NCBI RefSeq assembly: GCF_004010195.1
Contig: NC_057711.1
Location: forward strand, 140,749,601-140,813,600
DNA from: Chiloscyllium plagiosum
Lineage: Eukaryota
Reading direction: 5' to 3'
Length of the DNA stretch: 64,000 nt
Positions 14,200 to 28,035 of this stretch are shown here, piece by piece. Numbering within the stretch: the first letter of the stretch is position 1; each line of letters starts with the position of its first letter. The position numbers and the translations under genes were made by a program. Under the pieces are notes generated by a model. That model had not been told where the DNA came from and did no database searches. It was given only the letters and a program-made list of their open reading frames with translations.

Positions 14200-14517
14200 T
14201 TTAGATTAGATTAGATTCCATACAGTGTGGAAACAGGCCCTTCGGTCCAAGTCCCCACCGACCCTCCGAAGAGGAACCCACCCAAACCAATTTCCCTCTG
14301 TCTAATGCACATAACACTCGGCAATTTAACATGGCCAATCCACCTGACCTGCACATCTTTGTGACTGTGGGAGAAAACTGGAGCACCTGGAGGAAACCCA
14401 CGCAGACACGGGGAGAATGAGCAAACTCCACACCGACAGTCACCCGAAGCTGGAATCGAACCCAGGTCGCTGCGCTGTGAGGCTGCAGTGCTAATCACTG
14501 AGCCACCGTGCTGCCCT
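14200..14517 (-). mobile_element. HE1-type SINE
   Basis: Same head, body and (TCTAA)n tail. Confidence 0.8.
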
Positions 14518-15640
14518 ATAATCTGTAATCTCATAGGCCTAATCTATCCCACATTCTACCATGAAAAACATGGCAGAGATCAACCATAGTTCATGCCAGT
14601 AGCAGCACCAGAGTCACCTGAAAATGATGCCCTAATGTCGTGAATCTACAAAATAGGTCTACCTGTGTGTCAAACAAAGCAAGCAGCAAGAAAATTGACA
14701 GGGCTAAATGATCCCACAACCAAAGGATCACATCTAAGCTCTGCAATCTGCCACATCGGTCAAAAACAACTGTGGACAGTTAAACAAAAGAGAGAACGAG
14801 CCTCCACAAATATCCCTGTCTTTAGTGATGAAATCAAGACAATGCAGAAGCTCCTGACATCCAAAGCAACATGACGTTAAGCCTTCAACCAATTTGATTC
14901 ACTCCATGTGACATCGAAAAATGGCTGATAGGTCCTGACAATATTCCAGCAATAGTAGTGAAGACCTATATCCTAGAAATGGCTGTGTTCCTAGCTAAGC
15001 TGTTTCAGTATTGCTGATATCTATGTGGCAATGTGGAAAAAGCAGCTCAAATCCAACCTGGCCAATTGCTACCTATCAATCAACACTTAAATCAATACCA
15101 AAGTGATGGATGGGTTTGACAACAGTGCTTTCAAGTGTCCCTTGCTGAGGATGTGCAGGTTTCTCATTGGTGCTCAGTTTGGATTTCAAAAGGGTCACTC
15201 AGCTCCTCACCTCATATCAGCTTTCGTCCCGACATGGCGAACTGAGGTGATCTGATCTCCAGAAGTAAGGCAAGAGAGTGTCTGACCTTGACATCCAGCA
15301 GCATTTGACTAAACATGACATAAAGGAACTATAGCAAAACTAGGTTCAATGGGAATCAGCCGAAAAAATTGCTGCTGATCAGAGACATTCCTACTACAAA
15401 GATGGGTATAGTTCTTTGAGGTCAGTCAGCTCAGCCACAAAACATCAAAGCAGCTTTGTCCTTGGTATCCCTATATCACACTGTTGCAATTCAAGAAGGC
15501 AACGCCTCCCCAGGTTTTCCAGGGCATTTAGGGGTGAGCAATATATCCCAGTCCAGCCAGCATCCGAAGAACTAGCAGTGATTTCTAAAAAGAAAATTAC
15601 ACTCAAAACCTCAGACTATAATTGGACCTGTGTACAGCAT

Positions 15641-15819
15641 GAGCTGAAAATGTGTTGCTGGAAAAGCGCAGCAGGTCAGGCAGCATCCAGGGAACAGGAG
15701 AATCGACTTTTCGGGCATCACGTCGATTCTCCTGTTCCCTGGATGCTGCCTGACCTGCTGCGCTTTTCCAGCAACACATTTTCAGCTCTGATCTCCAGCA
15801 TCTGCAGACCTCACTTTCT
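15641..15819. mobile_element. Penelope-like pLTR-derived perfect hairpin, family B
   Basis: 67-bp perfect inverted repeat (15641-15707 / 15722-15788), 14-nt loop, 31-nt unpaired tail; TSD cctgtgtacagcat at 15627-15640 and 15820-15833. Confidence 0.9.
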
Positions 15820-16896
15820 CCTGTGTACAGCATACTGTACCTCCCTCACTGTACAGGTAAAAGTCACTACATTTCAATTACAATTGCTGGAAATAAAGGC
15901 ACACTAACTTGTTTAGGGCATTGGGAAGACAAATTAATTGTCAGTACTAACCTTCAAAATAGGAAAATCTGCAATGAACATACCTGACATATTCTCTTTG
16001 AAGAAGCATTTTAAAATCTAACTTGGGAAAGAAAAAAAACAAATCCAATTTCGACTCTGTGTCCATACCTGCCATCTTTACCTGGTCTTGCCCATATGTG
16101 ACTCACATCCACAGCTACTGCCCTCAGAGCAGTTAGAGATGAACAAATACCTACACAGCCCACATCCCATCAAAAAAAAAGTTTATACCCAGCTCGCAAT
16201 ATCCAGTATCCCACATTTCTTATAGTAGCTGATGACTCTTGTTTTTATATCCATTAATGGGATGACAACATCACTGGCTAGGCAGCATTTATTGCCCATC
16301 CTTAATTACCCAGAGGGCAGTTAAGAGTCAACCACTTTGCTGTGGGTCTGAAGTCACATGTAGTACAGACCAGGTAAGGATGGCAGTTTCCTTCCCTAAC
16401 AAACATTAGTGAATCAGATGGGCTTTTCTGACAATTGATTTTGGTTTCATGGTCATTGTGAGACTTTTAATTCCAATTTTTTACCGAATTCAGATTCCAC
16501 CATCTGCTATGGCAGGATTTGAACCTGGGTCCCCAGAACATTGCTTGGGTGTCTGGAATACCACTATGCCATCACCTCCCTAAAGGATAGCAAACCAAAT
16601 AACCACACCATTATAGCTCTTAACACATGGACAGATTTCTAAGAAATCCATATCTCAGCAGGTTTTCAAGAATACAGTGATGGATTTTTGTTGTATGTTA
16701 CACTGGAGAATACTAATGTTCTATTCAATTGAAACAACAATACTTTACCAGACTTCATTACCTTAAGAGGGGAAGAGGATCAAGAGGCAAGATTGATGAG
16801 ACTAGGTCACTTCTCCATCTCCTTTTAGAACTGAACTCTGACAGCAATTTAACGAACCTTTTAAGATCCATGTGGAGGAAAACTATCTTAACAAGG

Positions 16897-18172
16897 CATA
16901 GGAGCAAAATACTGCAGTTGCTGGAAACTGAATCAGGAAACATCAGCTTGCTCTCTCTACATGAATGTTGTCCGGCCAAAGCCACTGACTCCCAAAGCTA
17001 TCTTCACTACAGCTTGTCACACCCCATGTCCTGCAAGGTCTCCATCCCATTCTCCCAGTTCCTTCACCTACTTCACATCTGTTCAGATGAAACCACCTTC
17101 CAAAACAATGCTGCTGACATGGCTTCCTTCTTCCATGACTGTGGTTTCCCACCCACTGTAGTTGACAGGACCACAACCGAATCTGACCTATCACCTGTGT
17201 TTCTGCACTTGCGCCTTCCCATCATTTATAACAGCGTGATCAGGTTCCCTTTATCCTTACTTTTCATCCCTCCAGCCTCCGCACTGAAAGGATCGTTCTC
17301 TGCCATTTCAGACAACTCCAGTAGAACGCCACCAACAAAACATCTTCCCCTCACTCCCCATCTGCATTTCGCAGGGATCATTCTCTCCGGGACATCCTAG
17401 TCCATTTTACAACCAACATCTCTCCACGGCATCTTCCCATGTAACTGCAGAAGATGCAACACCTATCCCTTCACCTCCTCCCTGCTCACCATCCAAGGGC
17501 CTAAACAGTCTTTCCAGGTGAAGGAGCATTTCACCTGGACCTCCTCCAATCTTGTGTATTGTATTCGCTGCATCCATTGTGGCCTACTCTAAACTAGAGA
17601 AACCAAATGCAGACTGGATGGCCGTTTTGCAGAACACCTCTGGTCTGTGCGCAAGCACCACTCCGATCTTCCTGCAGCCGGTCATTTTAACACAGCTTCC
17701 TGCTCACATGTCTATCTTCAGGATGTTGCAGTGTTCCAGTGAATCATAGCGCAAACTGGAGGAACATCTCATCTTCAAACTAGGCACTTTACAACCTTCT
17801 AGACTTAATATTGAGTTCAATACCTTTAAATTGTAAACCAACTTCTATTTCTTCCCTTTCTTCCATCCTGTTATCATGTCCTCCCCTCCCAGCATTCCAC
17901 TTTGTCCTTTCAATTCTGGCAGGTAACACACCATTGTTCTGCCATTCTCACATTCTGATCACTTAATCTGAACTATCAACATCTTTTCTCCATCAACACC
18001 CTACACCCATTATCCCACCCCCAACCCCCACTGCAAACAATAGCATAAATTCTGTCCCTTCACCTTTTACTTCAGCTCTGATGAACAGTCATCTAGACTC
18101 GAAACGTTAGCTTGCTCTCTCTCCATGGATGTTGTCTGACCCGCTGTGATCACCAGCATTTGTTGCTTTCAA
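16897..18172 (+). mobile_element. 5'-truncated Penelope-like element (RT C-terminus, GIY-YIG, pLTR with hammerhead core)
   Basis: TDSQSYLHYSLSHPMSCKVSIPFSQF, SSNLVYCIRCIHCG and FAEHL motifs; CTGATGA...GAAACGTT at 18078-18108; TSD tatcttaacaagg at 16884-16896 and 18173-18185. Confidence 0.85.
18074..18112 (+). ncRNA. Minimal type I hammerhead ribozyme motif (PLE-associated)
   Basis: AGCU-CUGAUGA-A-CAGUC aucua GACUC-GAAAC GUU-AGCU: stem I AGCU/AGCU, stem II with one mismatch, palindromic ACGU stem III. Confidence 0.7.
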
Positions 18173-18389
18173 TATCTTAACAAGGTATTTGCAATACAAA
18201 CATTTAATACAGATAAATATAATGCAGTAGCAGAACTTTTAAATGAAACTGCAAACTTCTCAGATGTTTCATCAATTTGCAGGCCACAGTTTGCATAAAT
18301 CAAAAAGAAGAATATATTAAGCATAGACCTGGCGGATAATTTCATCTTGTGCATCGTGTTTCCCTCAGTTCATCATTCAATCTCCAAAG

Positions 18390-18863
18390 TTACTGGTGCT
18401 TCTGCTCTAAGGTTGCTGTCTGGTGAAATGGATTCTGCAGCATATCTACATGGGGGCTAGTAAGGAGGGACTTGAAAGATGGAAGTGGACTAATCATCTT
18501 ATCATGATGTCTTTCTGAAGCAGTGGAGACAGTTGTATATATAGGCGGGATCATAGCATTATGATTATCAGGAGCAGTGCAGACCACATGTGGCATGCTA
18601 GACACTGCACCAGGGATTGTTATGGCATTTCCAAAAGAGGATATTGTAGAATCAGTTGATCCACGCAACCGAGTATCAGTCCTGTCCACGAAGTTACCGC
18701 TTCCCTTGACCGTGCAATCACTCTCCATCTCTCGAGGTAGAAAGTCTTTGAGAAGCTTCGGAGAGGCATGCTCCTTGTCGATCTGCACTCGGATTTCCTC
18801 TTTGTGAACTGTTCGAATGTGTTTCTTGAGGTTACTTGGATGACGGCAACGCTTTCCACAGAC
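18390..18863 (-). CDS. ZBTB gene last coding exon
   Basis: cactag|GTC TGT GGA AAG translates VCGKRCRHPSNLKKHIRTVH, completing the finger begun by YQCR (phase 0). Frame stays open for 157 codons to TAA at 18392-18390. Confidence 0.9.
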   Translation of the reverse strand, partial: VCGKRCRHPSNLKKHIRTVHKEEIRVQIDKEHASPKLLKDFLPREMESDCTVKGSGNFVDRTDTRLRGSTDSTISSFGNAITIPGAVSSMPHVVCTAPDNHNAMIPPIYTTVSTASERHHDKMISPLPSFKSLLTSPHVDMLQNPFHQTATLEQKHQ

Positions 18864-21196
18864 CTAGTGCATAACCAGAACACAAGATTACTGCAGGGGT
18901 GTGAAGGAAAATTACCTAAATGATAGGAAAGAGTGGGAAGGTGGGAAAGCAGCAACTGAACAAATTACTGCAGGAATATTGTGGGGACTATTCGATTGCA
19001 GCATGTGAACCCAAATTGTTACAGGTGATGCAGGAATATTACCGCTGAATGCCAGTGAACAAATTACATTCATGTGACATCTTTTACATTAGAAACACAC
19101 AAAGTGCTTCACAAGAGCATTATAAAACAATATATTACACTAAACCATATAAGAAAATCATTTCAAAGATGAAAAGTTTGAAAAAGAAAGCAAGTAGCTT
19201 TAAGCAGTACATTAAAAGAGGAAAACAGAACAGAGAGGCTGAGGTGTGAAGGAAGGGCATTCCGGGACTTAGGGATATGCAGCTAAATACATGGCACCGA
19301 CGGGAAGCAGTTAGCATTGGGGAGTGCATAACAATCTATATTTACAGGAGTACAACTGTCTCAGAGGGTTGTGGGGCTGAGAGAGATTACTGAGGTAGGG
19401 GAGACCAAAGGCAGGGAAGAACATGAAAAGAAGAATGAAAGTTTTAAAATCAAGACACTTCTTGATAAGGAGTCAAAAGTAGATCTGTGCTCAGGAGGTT
19501 ATTACCAGAGATATAGGAACACTGAAAATAATGTAGATATCATAACTAATATAATTTTAAGTAAGAGCAATTGTATTTTTAAAAAATTAATCATTTTAAG
19601 ATTTTAAATCATTTAATGCCTCTTGTAAGCACACTATTTCCTGTTAAACCAGGTAATCAAGTCCCAGTTATTTTGGCAAAACTGGAGGAAAAAACTCTCA
19701 ACTGACTGGAGTTAGACCTAGTACAAAGTGAAGATGGTTGTGGTTGTTGCAGACCAGGATACCTCTGTATGACACCTCAGGCTGGTTCCTACAGCCAGCC
19801 ATCTTCAGTTACTTCATCAAGAGCCTTCCCTTCATCATAAACGTCAGAAGTGGCAATGTTTGCTCATGATTGCACAACGTTCAGGACCATTTGCCACCCC
19901 TCCGATACTGAAGCAGCCAAAACACTAGGTTTGAGCTGATAAATGACAAGTAACACTTGTGCCACAAAGTGCATGCAATGACCACCTCCAACATGAGAGA
20001 ATCCAAAGCATCCTTCCTTGACATTTAACTGTACTGCTAACCTTTTTGTCCTCCAACATCACAGAGATTTCCATTGACCAGAGATTTAAACGCTCAGCCA
20101 CGGGAGGGGGTAAAAGATGAGAATGTTGCAGACAGCAACTAATAGCCCCTCAAAACCTGTCCACCATCTACAATAATGGAATATTCTCTACATCCTAGCT
20201 GAGTGTAGCTCCATCAACACTTTAAGCAGTTCTTGGACACCACCCAGGACAAAGCACATTTGAATGAAACCCCATCCATCACATTAAACATTAATACCTT
20301 CCACCTCCTGCATTCAGTGACAGCAGTATATACACTATCTCCAAGATGAACCTTTTCAGTTCCCCATGGCTCCACTGATGGGATCTTCCAATCCCACAGC
20401 CTCCACCACTAGAGGAACAGGGATAGCAGACATCAGGGAGCATCACCACTTCCCTCCATGTCACAGTCCTCCTCCTGGAGCCATATTACTATTCCTTCAC
20501 CATCACAGGTCAAAATCCTCAAACTCCTTCCATAAAAGCACTGTAGATGTATCGACATCAGAGCTACTGCAATGGTTCAGGAAGGTGACTCACCTGTATT
20601 TTCTCAAGGAAAATTGGAACTGGGCAATAAACGTCGACTCAAGCCAGTGAAGTCCAGGAAGAAAGCATCCAGGGATCCCATTTGATCCATGAAAGGGAAA
20701 GAGACAAATGTCCAGTCCCTGGAATGCTTATCCCATCTAAGGCAAACTCATGCTTCATATGCCCAAATCTCCAGGAATGTTAATCACTGGAGAAAGCAAA
20801 CAAATGGGGAGAATTTTTCAGGGAAACAGTACAAATTCTTCTCCAAATTATGACAAATAAGCAAACTTTAAGGAGATAGCTAAAATATGCAACTAAGTCA
20901 CTCCACAGCCTCCTTTCTTCTTAAATAAACCTAGTCTTTCCAGTCTTTCCTTATAGCTGCAATCTTCAAGCCTGACAACATTCCTGCACATCACGTCTGT
21001 TCCCTATCTAAAGCAAGTATGTCCTTCCTCTCAGTGACCAGAAATGTACACAAAATACTTGCTATGGCATAACCAGCATTCTATACAATTCCAGCATATA
21101 TACCTACTTTTGTATTCTATATTTTATCTTGTAAAGGAATGCATTCCAGGTGTTTTGTTTTAAAACCACCTCACTTTCCTGTACCACCACATTCAA

Positions 21197-21518
21197 AGAT
21201 TACATTACATTACAGTGTGGAAACAGACCCTTCGGCCCAACAAGTCCACACCGACCCGCCGAAGCGCAACCCACCATACCCCTACCCCTACCCCATATAG
21301 TTACACTTACCCCACTCTACAGGCAATTTAGCATGGCCAATTCACCTGACCTGCACATCTTTGGACTGTGGGAGGAAACCGGAGCACCCGGAGGAAACCC
21401 ACGCAAACACGGGGAGAACGTGCAAACTCCACACAGTCAGTCGCCTGAGGCGGGAATTGAACCCAGGTCTCTGGTGCTGTGAGGCAGCAGTGCTAACCAC
21501 TGTGCCACCGTGCCGCCC
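21197..21518 (-). mobile_element. HE1-type tRNA-derived SINE (young copy)
   Basis: GGGCGGCACGGTGGCACAGTGGTTAGC (A box), GGTTCAATTCC (B box), V-domain-like tgtgtggagtttgcac and a CR1-like tail. Confidence 0.85.
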
Positions 21519-24214
21519 AAAGACATGGGGATATGTTTTCTTACTTCCTCTACCACTCTCAAAATCCTCCCATTTGTTGTGTTTCTTTGCTTCGTTTGTT
21601 GTCTCTAAATGCATCATCTCACATTTCTCCAGATTGAATTCCATTGGTCACTTTTCTGCCCAGTCAAGCAAATCATTTATATCTTCCTGCAGTCTACAGC
21701 CACCCACTTCACTATCAACTACCTGGTTAATTTTTGAATCATCTACAAATTTAAGTGCAAACCATTAATAAATACAGAAAGAAGCAAGAGAGTCAACACT
21801 AAGGCCTGTGAAACAACACTGGAAACCTATTTCCAAAACATCTATTTTTCTGTCACTGAGGCAATTTTGAAATGTGGGATTATTGGTTAAATAATCAGAT
21901 ACAGTTTTGAGGAGAGATCATCTAAGTCATTAATACCAACATACCAAACCCACAACCACTTCCATCTGGAAAGTACAAGATAGCAGATATATAAGAACAC
22001 CACCACCTGCAGGTTCCCCTCTAAGCCACTCACCATTCCTTCACTGGCCCTGACTCAACATCCTGGAATTCCCTTCCTAAGAGCAGTGTAGATCAACCTG
22101 CAGCAAATAACTACTGTATTTCAAAAGGCAGTTCATCACCACCTTCTTGAGGGTAACTAGGCCCACATCTGACAAATGAATAAAAATCAAAAAGGACTAT
22201 CATCTCTGGCTGTTCACTCATGCCCAGAAAAATGTCCTGCAGCTAGACTATGACATTCTTATCTCCTAGCTGAGGGAAGCAACATTCCATCTTGAGGTCG
22301 CATCCATGGTCACAGAAACACTTGTCTGTTTTCCTGACTAACAAATTCCCTATCACTATTGCTCCTCTCTACTTCTTCCTCCTCACCTGTACAAGTGAGC
22401 CATCCTTGGTGCCACAAACTTGGCTCTGACTGCACTCCTCTGAGGTACTAACGTCCTCATAAAAATGGAAATCCAGTTAGTGAGCAGGACCTCAGCAGAG
22501 TCCTGTACAACTTGTCTGGTTCTCTTAGACTGTCTGGTAACCAAGCATTCCCTTTATATTTCCAAACCTCACCATAATAGGGAGTTCACTTTACCTTCCA
22601 GAATACCTGTCTCAGGGTCTTCTTCTCACCCATCCCTCTAAAGTGCTGCTAACTGCCCATGTTTGGATCCTCTGCTCAGCTGCTCCTCTAGGTGGAGCCT
22701 GTCGGGGCTCCTCTACTCAGTTGCTCCCCTCAAATATGACATACAAGGCCACAAGCATTTCCACAGCAACATTCTATCTGGTTGATTACATCACTCACAT
22801 TGATCACATTGCACAAGCTGAAAACTGGAAATATTTATCTTATTTTATCTCACATTGTTTAATGATGTGCTGGGAAAACAGGTTCAAACTTGCCAATTGG
22901 ACTCAAATGTAGCACATGGCATAACTCAAGGCTATTTAATAGATGACAATTATTCCCTTGCTAAGCTGACAACAATTAAATTTAGTTCATCAAAATTAGA
23001 AAGAGTCAGCATTAGAAATCAGAAATTCTAGGTCACAAAAGAAACATTGGTTGTCTATATAGATCTGATAGTCCAGAGAATAGAATATATCACTTGAAGC
23101 CATACAATGACAATTCGAGTCAGAGTTGTGCAGCATGGAAATAGACTCTTCGGTCTGACTAGTCCATGCCGACCAGATATCCCAACCCAATCTAGTCCCA
23201 CCTGCCAGCACCTGGCCCTTATCCCTCCAAACCCTTCCTAATCATATACCCATCCAGATGCCTTTTAAATGTTGCAATTGTACCAGCCTCCACCACTTCC
23301 TCTGGCAGCTTATTCCATACACGCACCACCCTCTGCGTGAAATAATTGCCCCATAGGTCTGTTTTATATCTTTCCCCTCTCACTCTAAACCTATGTCCTC
23401 TAGTTCTGTCCACTACACCTCTAATTTTGGTGTCATTTGCAAACTTACTAACTATACCTCTTATGCTCACATCCAAATCATTTATGTTAATGATGAAAAG
23501 TAGTGGACCCAACGCCAATCCTTGTGGCACTCCACTGGTCACAGGCCTCCGGTCTGGACAATTCAGATTATTTCAACCAGAAGTTTATGCACATCAACTT
23601 ATGTCTCAAACAAAGATGGTCAAGTCCAAATTAAAATATTATTCACAGCACCAAATTAACATTTCACAGTCACAGAACAGCAGAAAGCATTTTCTAACCA
23701 GTTATGTACTTCTGACATGTATTCACTGTTACGTTGATAAATAAATAGCCAATTTGCATGTTCCCTGAAAGCACAGTAAAACAAATAACCAATATGTTTA
23801 GTGATGCTGGCAGATGGGTAAATGTTAGTTAGATACAGAGAACTTCACCTTCCTCTTTGAAAAGCTACCATAGGATCTTTCACACCCATCTCAACAGCTA
23901 AACCGGGTCTCCGTTTAATATCATACGTGGCAGAAATGAGTCAGTACCTGAATGATTCATTCACGTTTCATCTCAGGTTATGTGCTGAAGTCTCAAGACA
24001 GAATGTTTCCACTAATCAAAAATATGTGCTGGTTGGGTTTAACCAATCAGAAACTAGTTTACTTTTATTCCAACCAACACATTCCAGATATTTGGGAAAA
24101 AAAATACATTATCTAAATGATTTGCCCCATGAAGGTCTTGCAACTTGAATAGTTCCTGACTGGCTGTTTATTTTAATTCTTACTACAATAGCAAATAAAT
24201 TACTTTCACTCTTT

Positions 24215-24332
24215 TGTTCAGATAACTGATCTAATCGAAAACAAAGGAAGCCACACTGGGACCTTGAGATCTTGTTCGGGTAATCCGAAATTCAGATAAC
24301 TGATGTTTGGATAATCAAGGTTGCTCTGTATA
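24215..24332. mobile_element. Possible terminus of a Tc1/mariner-type (Tigger-like) MITE
   Basis: Repeated ttc(a/g)gataatc motifs ending ...ggttgctctg-TA; the partner end was not located. Confidence 0.35.
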
Positions 24333-25079
24333 GGGTTTATTTTATCTTATTTTGGACATTACTTGTTACAATCATGAAAGAAAGCCCTAGTCACCAGATT
24401 ATCCTACAATATAATGACAAGGGTATCCCAACAACATTGGTGTACGAGTGAACAACAAAATTGATGTCTCAGAAATTATAAAATGGAGAGAAGATGAAGG
24501 CTGGCAGGATAGCCCAAATAACAGATAAAATACAAATAGCCTAAATCAAAGTGGTATCATCGGATCTTATTAACAAAGGTCTACTCCACCATGGAAACCA
24601 GGATTTAACCTGTTCATCAATAAAGAGGCCCTCCCACATCGGTTTTTCTCGAGCAAAAATGAAGACCTGCCAACCAGTCAGTGTTGGCTGGGACAATATA
24701 AGCCTTTTATGATTTTTCTTCAGAACAGTTCAGTTTGATTAACTTTTGTTTTACTTTGTGGGCGATTTTAGCTAGACTGGGGACTCGTTGTGAGAAGTGT
24801 GACAGGAAGCTTGGGAAATTAATGGAGAATCACAGGTTTGGGATGAGGAATTAGAAAAAGGAGGAAGAGGAGGTAGTTGCCAGAGTTTTTGCACGTGACT
24901 GCAACTGGGTTTTCACCCTTATTGGCCAAGTTGTTATTCTGTTTTTCATTGTCTCCCCACGTCATTACCTGGCTGTAATGAGATACCTTCTGCATAGTTA
25001 TGCTGTTAGGCCATTGTGAGAATGGCACAGTTTTGAAGGAGCACTTTGAGCTTCCCTATCAATTTTTAATGTTTGTTTT

Positions 25080-26155
25080 TCGACATAGATAGACGTTGGA
25101 GTGGAAGCAAGGCCATTCAGCCCATCAAGTCCACTATGCCATTTAATCATGGCTGATGGGCCTTCCAATTCCACTTACCCGCACTCTTCCCATAGCCCTT
25201 AATTCCTTGCGAGATCAAGAATTTATCAATCTCAGCCTTGAAGACACCTAACGTCCCAGTCTCCACTGCACTCCGTGGCAATGAATTCCACAGGCCCACC
25301 ACTCTCTGGCTGAAGAACTTCCCAGTGTCCAACCCTTTCTAAGCCCTGCGTTATCTTGTAAGTTTCTATTAGATTTCCCCTCAACCTTCTAAACTCTAAT
25401 GAATACAATCCCAGGATCTTCAGCTGATCATCATATGGTCGGCCTACCATTCCAAGGATCATCCGTGTGAATCCCCACTGGACACGCTCCAGTGCCAGTA
25501 TGTCCTTCCTGAGGTGTGGGGCCCAAAGTTGGGCACGGTATTATAAATGGGGCCTAACTAGAGCTTTATAAAGTCTCAGAAGCACGTTGCTGCTTTTATA
25601 TTCCACCCTCTTGAGATAAATGACAACATTACCTTTGTTTTCTTAATCACGGACTCAACCTGCAAATCAACCTTTAGAGAATCCTGGACTAGCACTCCCA
25701 GATCCCTTTGTACTTTGGCTGTATGAGTTTTCTCACCGTTTAAAAAAAAATAGTCCATGCGTGTATTCTTTTTTCCAAAGTGCAAGACCTTGCACCTGCT
25801 CACGTTGAATTTCATCAGCCATTTTCTGGACCACTCTCCTAAACTGTCTAAATCTTTCTGCAGCCTCCCCGCTTCCTCAATACTATCCGCCTGTCCACCT
25901 CACTTCGTATCATCGGCGAACTTCGCCAGAATGCCCCCAGTCCCTTCGTCCAAATCATTTATATATAAAGTGAACCGCTATGGCCCCAACACTGAACCCT
26001 GTGGGACCCCACTTGCCATTCCAAAAAAGAACCTTTTATCCCAACTCTCTACCTCTGTCAGACAGCCAATCCCCAATGCAAACCAGCAGCTCACCTCAAA
26101 CACCATGGGCCCTCACCTTATTCAGCAGCCTCCCATGAGGCACCTTTTGGAAGTC
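25080..26155 (-). mobile_element. CR1 LINE 3' fragment
   Basis: [17 protein letters not shown] and KFFSQRVVGLWNSLP on the minus strand. Confidence 0.88.
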
Positions 26156-28035
26156 TAGACTGATGAGGGCTTCAATCAGTTTCACTAAGTTAAAAGGTTA
26201 CATTTTAATACGACAGGAACAACAGATGTACAAACACAATCAGGCGCTGCACTATCAGCAAGATAGCATCAGACTTGGTGAAATTTAAATTTTAACGCAG
26301 AGTAAACTGTAGCAATATAGCAATTGCAACATGTAATGACATATTATTCCGTACAAAGCTGGGAGGTATCTGCATCTCAGTAAAATTGGTTTTTACACTT
26401 CACGGTGGCAAGACCGCATACCTGAAAATTGTGGTCCTATTTGCTGAGTGTCCTCTCAATTTATTGGCTTGTGGAATAACATTGTATGATAAAAAATAGC
26501 ATATCATAATGAAAATCATAAAACTTGATCTTGCTGAAGCTTCACAAAGGCACTTTTCAACAGAGGTTAATAGGTCAGCAGTTAGCAGCAGGAACCCTGA
26601 TCTCATTTTCCCCAGTTCCAATTCGGGGCAATTGTCTGAACCCTTGCAGTAGCCAGTGGTACAATTTGCACCTGAACTGGAAGATTTGAACTCCACCCCA
26701 GAGACTCTACTACAAAAATCTAGGCTGACACTCTGATTCAAGACTGAGGGAGTGCTGCCTTTCAACAAGATGTTAAAATCAACTAGATAAAAACAATGAG
26801 TGTAGATGCTGGAAACCAGATTCTGGAGTAGAGCGATGCTGGAAAAGCACAGCAGTTCAGGCAGCATCCGAGGAGCAGGACTGGCCCATCTTCTCAGATG
26901 GAGGTAGAAGATCAGTGCTTTGGCCAATATTTATCCCCCAATACGTATTAATGCCAAGTAAAACAGATGATCACACTACTGTGGATTCTTTTACTGGCTG
27001 TTGTGCTTCCTATGAATAACATTGTATGCCAACCTTGTTTAATGCTGCAGCTAAAGCTCGATATACTGGCAGATGTTCATATAACTTGTGTAAATGTCAC
27101 AATCTGTAATCACTATGCCTCATGATTTTATGTAGACATTAAACCTACTGCTGTTCTATTGAGAGAGTGTGGTCTTCTGTAACCAAATATAAATACTGTG
27201 GACACAAGAGGAGGAAAAGAAACTTCAGAATTAGCAGCCACATTTCAGAATACTCAGCTTCATAACTCCTCCAAAAACTCAACAGTCTGATGTAGCAAAC
27301 GCTATATGAGCTAGGCAGGCCAGACTCAGATGGCCCCAGGCATATCCACAAATTTTGGGTAAGTTGGACCAAAAACAATGAGATATTTCACTTCTTGAAA
27401 AATGGGTTCAGACCGAACTTTTCAGAAAGTCCAAATCAAATGCTACAGACCATAAGCATAGGAGCAGAAATTTGGCTGTTCAGTCCATTGAGTCTGCTCT
27501 GCCATTCAATCATGGCTGGTAAGTTTCTCAACCTCATTCTCCTGCTATAAGACCATAAGACATAGCAGCAGAAATTAAACGTAGGTACACAAACTCTAGA
27601 CAGGTTAGAATGAGCATAGGCCTACAGTACAAAAGCATGGCAATTCAGCTGCAATTGGCTTGGCAATTTCTCTCAGAGAGGATATACACCAATAGTTATG
27701 CAAAATAAAACTTTGCTTATTAGGCAGCTGGAGATGGGGCTCATGATGCAGTTGGATTAGTTTAATCCGATCCAGGTATGTGCTACCTGATAATGGTATA
27801 TGGTACACATAATCTCAGTTTGTTAGAAAACAAAGTGAGTAAACATCACTTTAACACAATACCAACCACCTGATCATAGGGACATAAACCCTACCTGCAA
27901 TTAACCATTACAATTACCATTTGTGAAAAATCATCACCTTTATACAAAGCCCTCCCGCAATTAACCCATACACAAAACCCATTTGTAAAAAACTTGCTTT
28001 CACGCAAATCCAACCTGCAATAAACCATCGCCTTT

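Larger units (their letters stand above)
12610..15530 (+). mobile_element. Decayed CR1/L2-group LINE with a tRNA-like SINE module at its 5' end; hosts three younger insertions
   Basis: APE start remnant at about 13320-13620; RT remnants (GPDNIPAIV; NLANCYLS; AQFGFQKGHSAP) at 14930-15210. Confidence 0.65.

Noticed and set aside
15416-15907. ORFs on both strands sharing the peptide ELKMCCWKSAAGQAASREQEN
   Set aside because: A consequence of the DNA palindrome, not of coding selection. The same applies to 42642-43025.
21440-21518. tRNA genes
   Set aside because: The tRNA-like A/B boxes are SINE heads followed by SINE body and LINE-like tail.
26400-26927. 175-aa minus-strand ORF with a cag|gtatgc donor-like site inside the ZBTB intron
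   Set aside because: Runs through SINE and pLTR fragments, has no domain motif, and the flanking exons already join in phase to form one finger.
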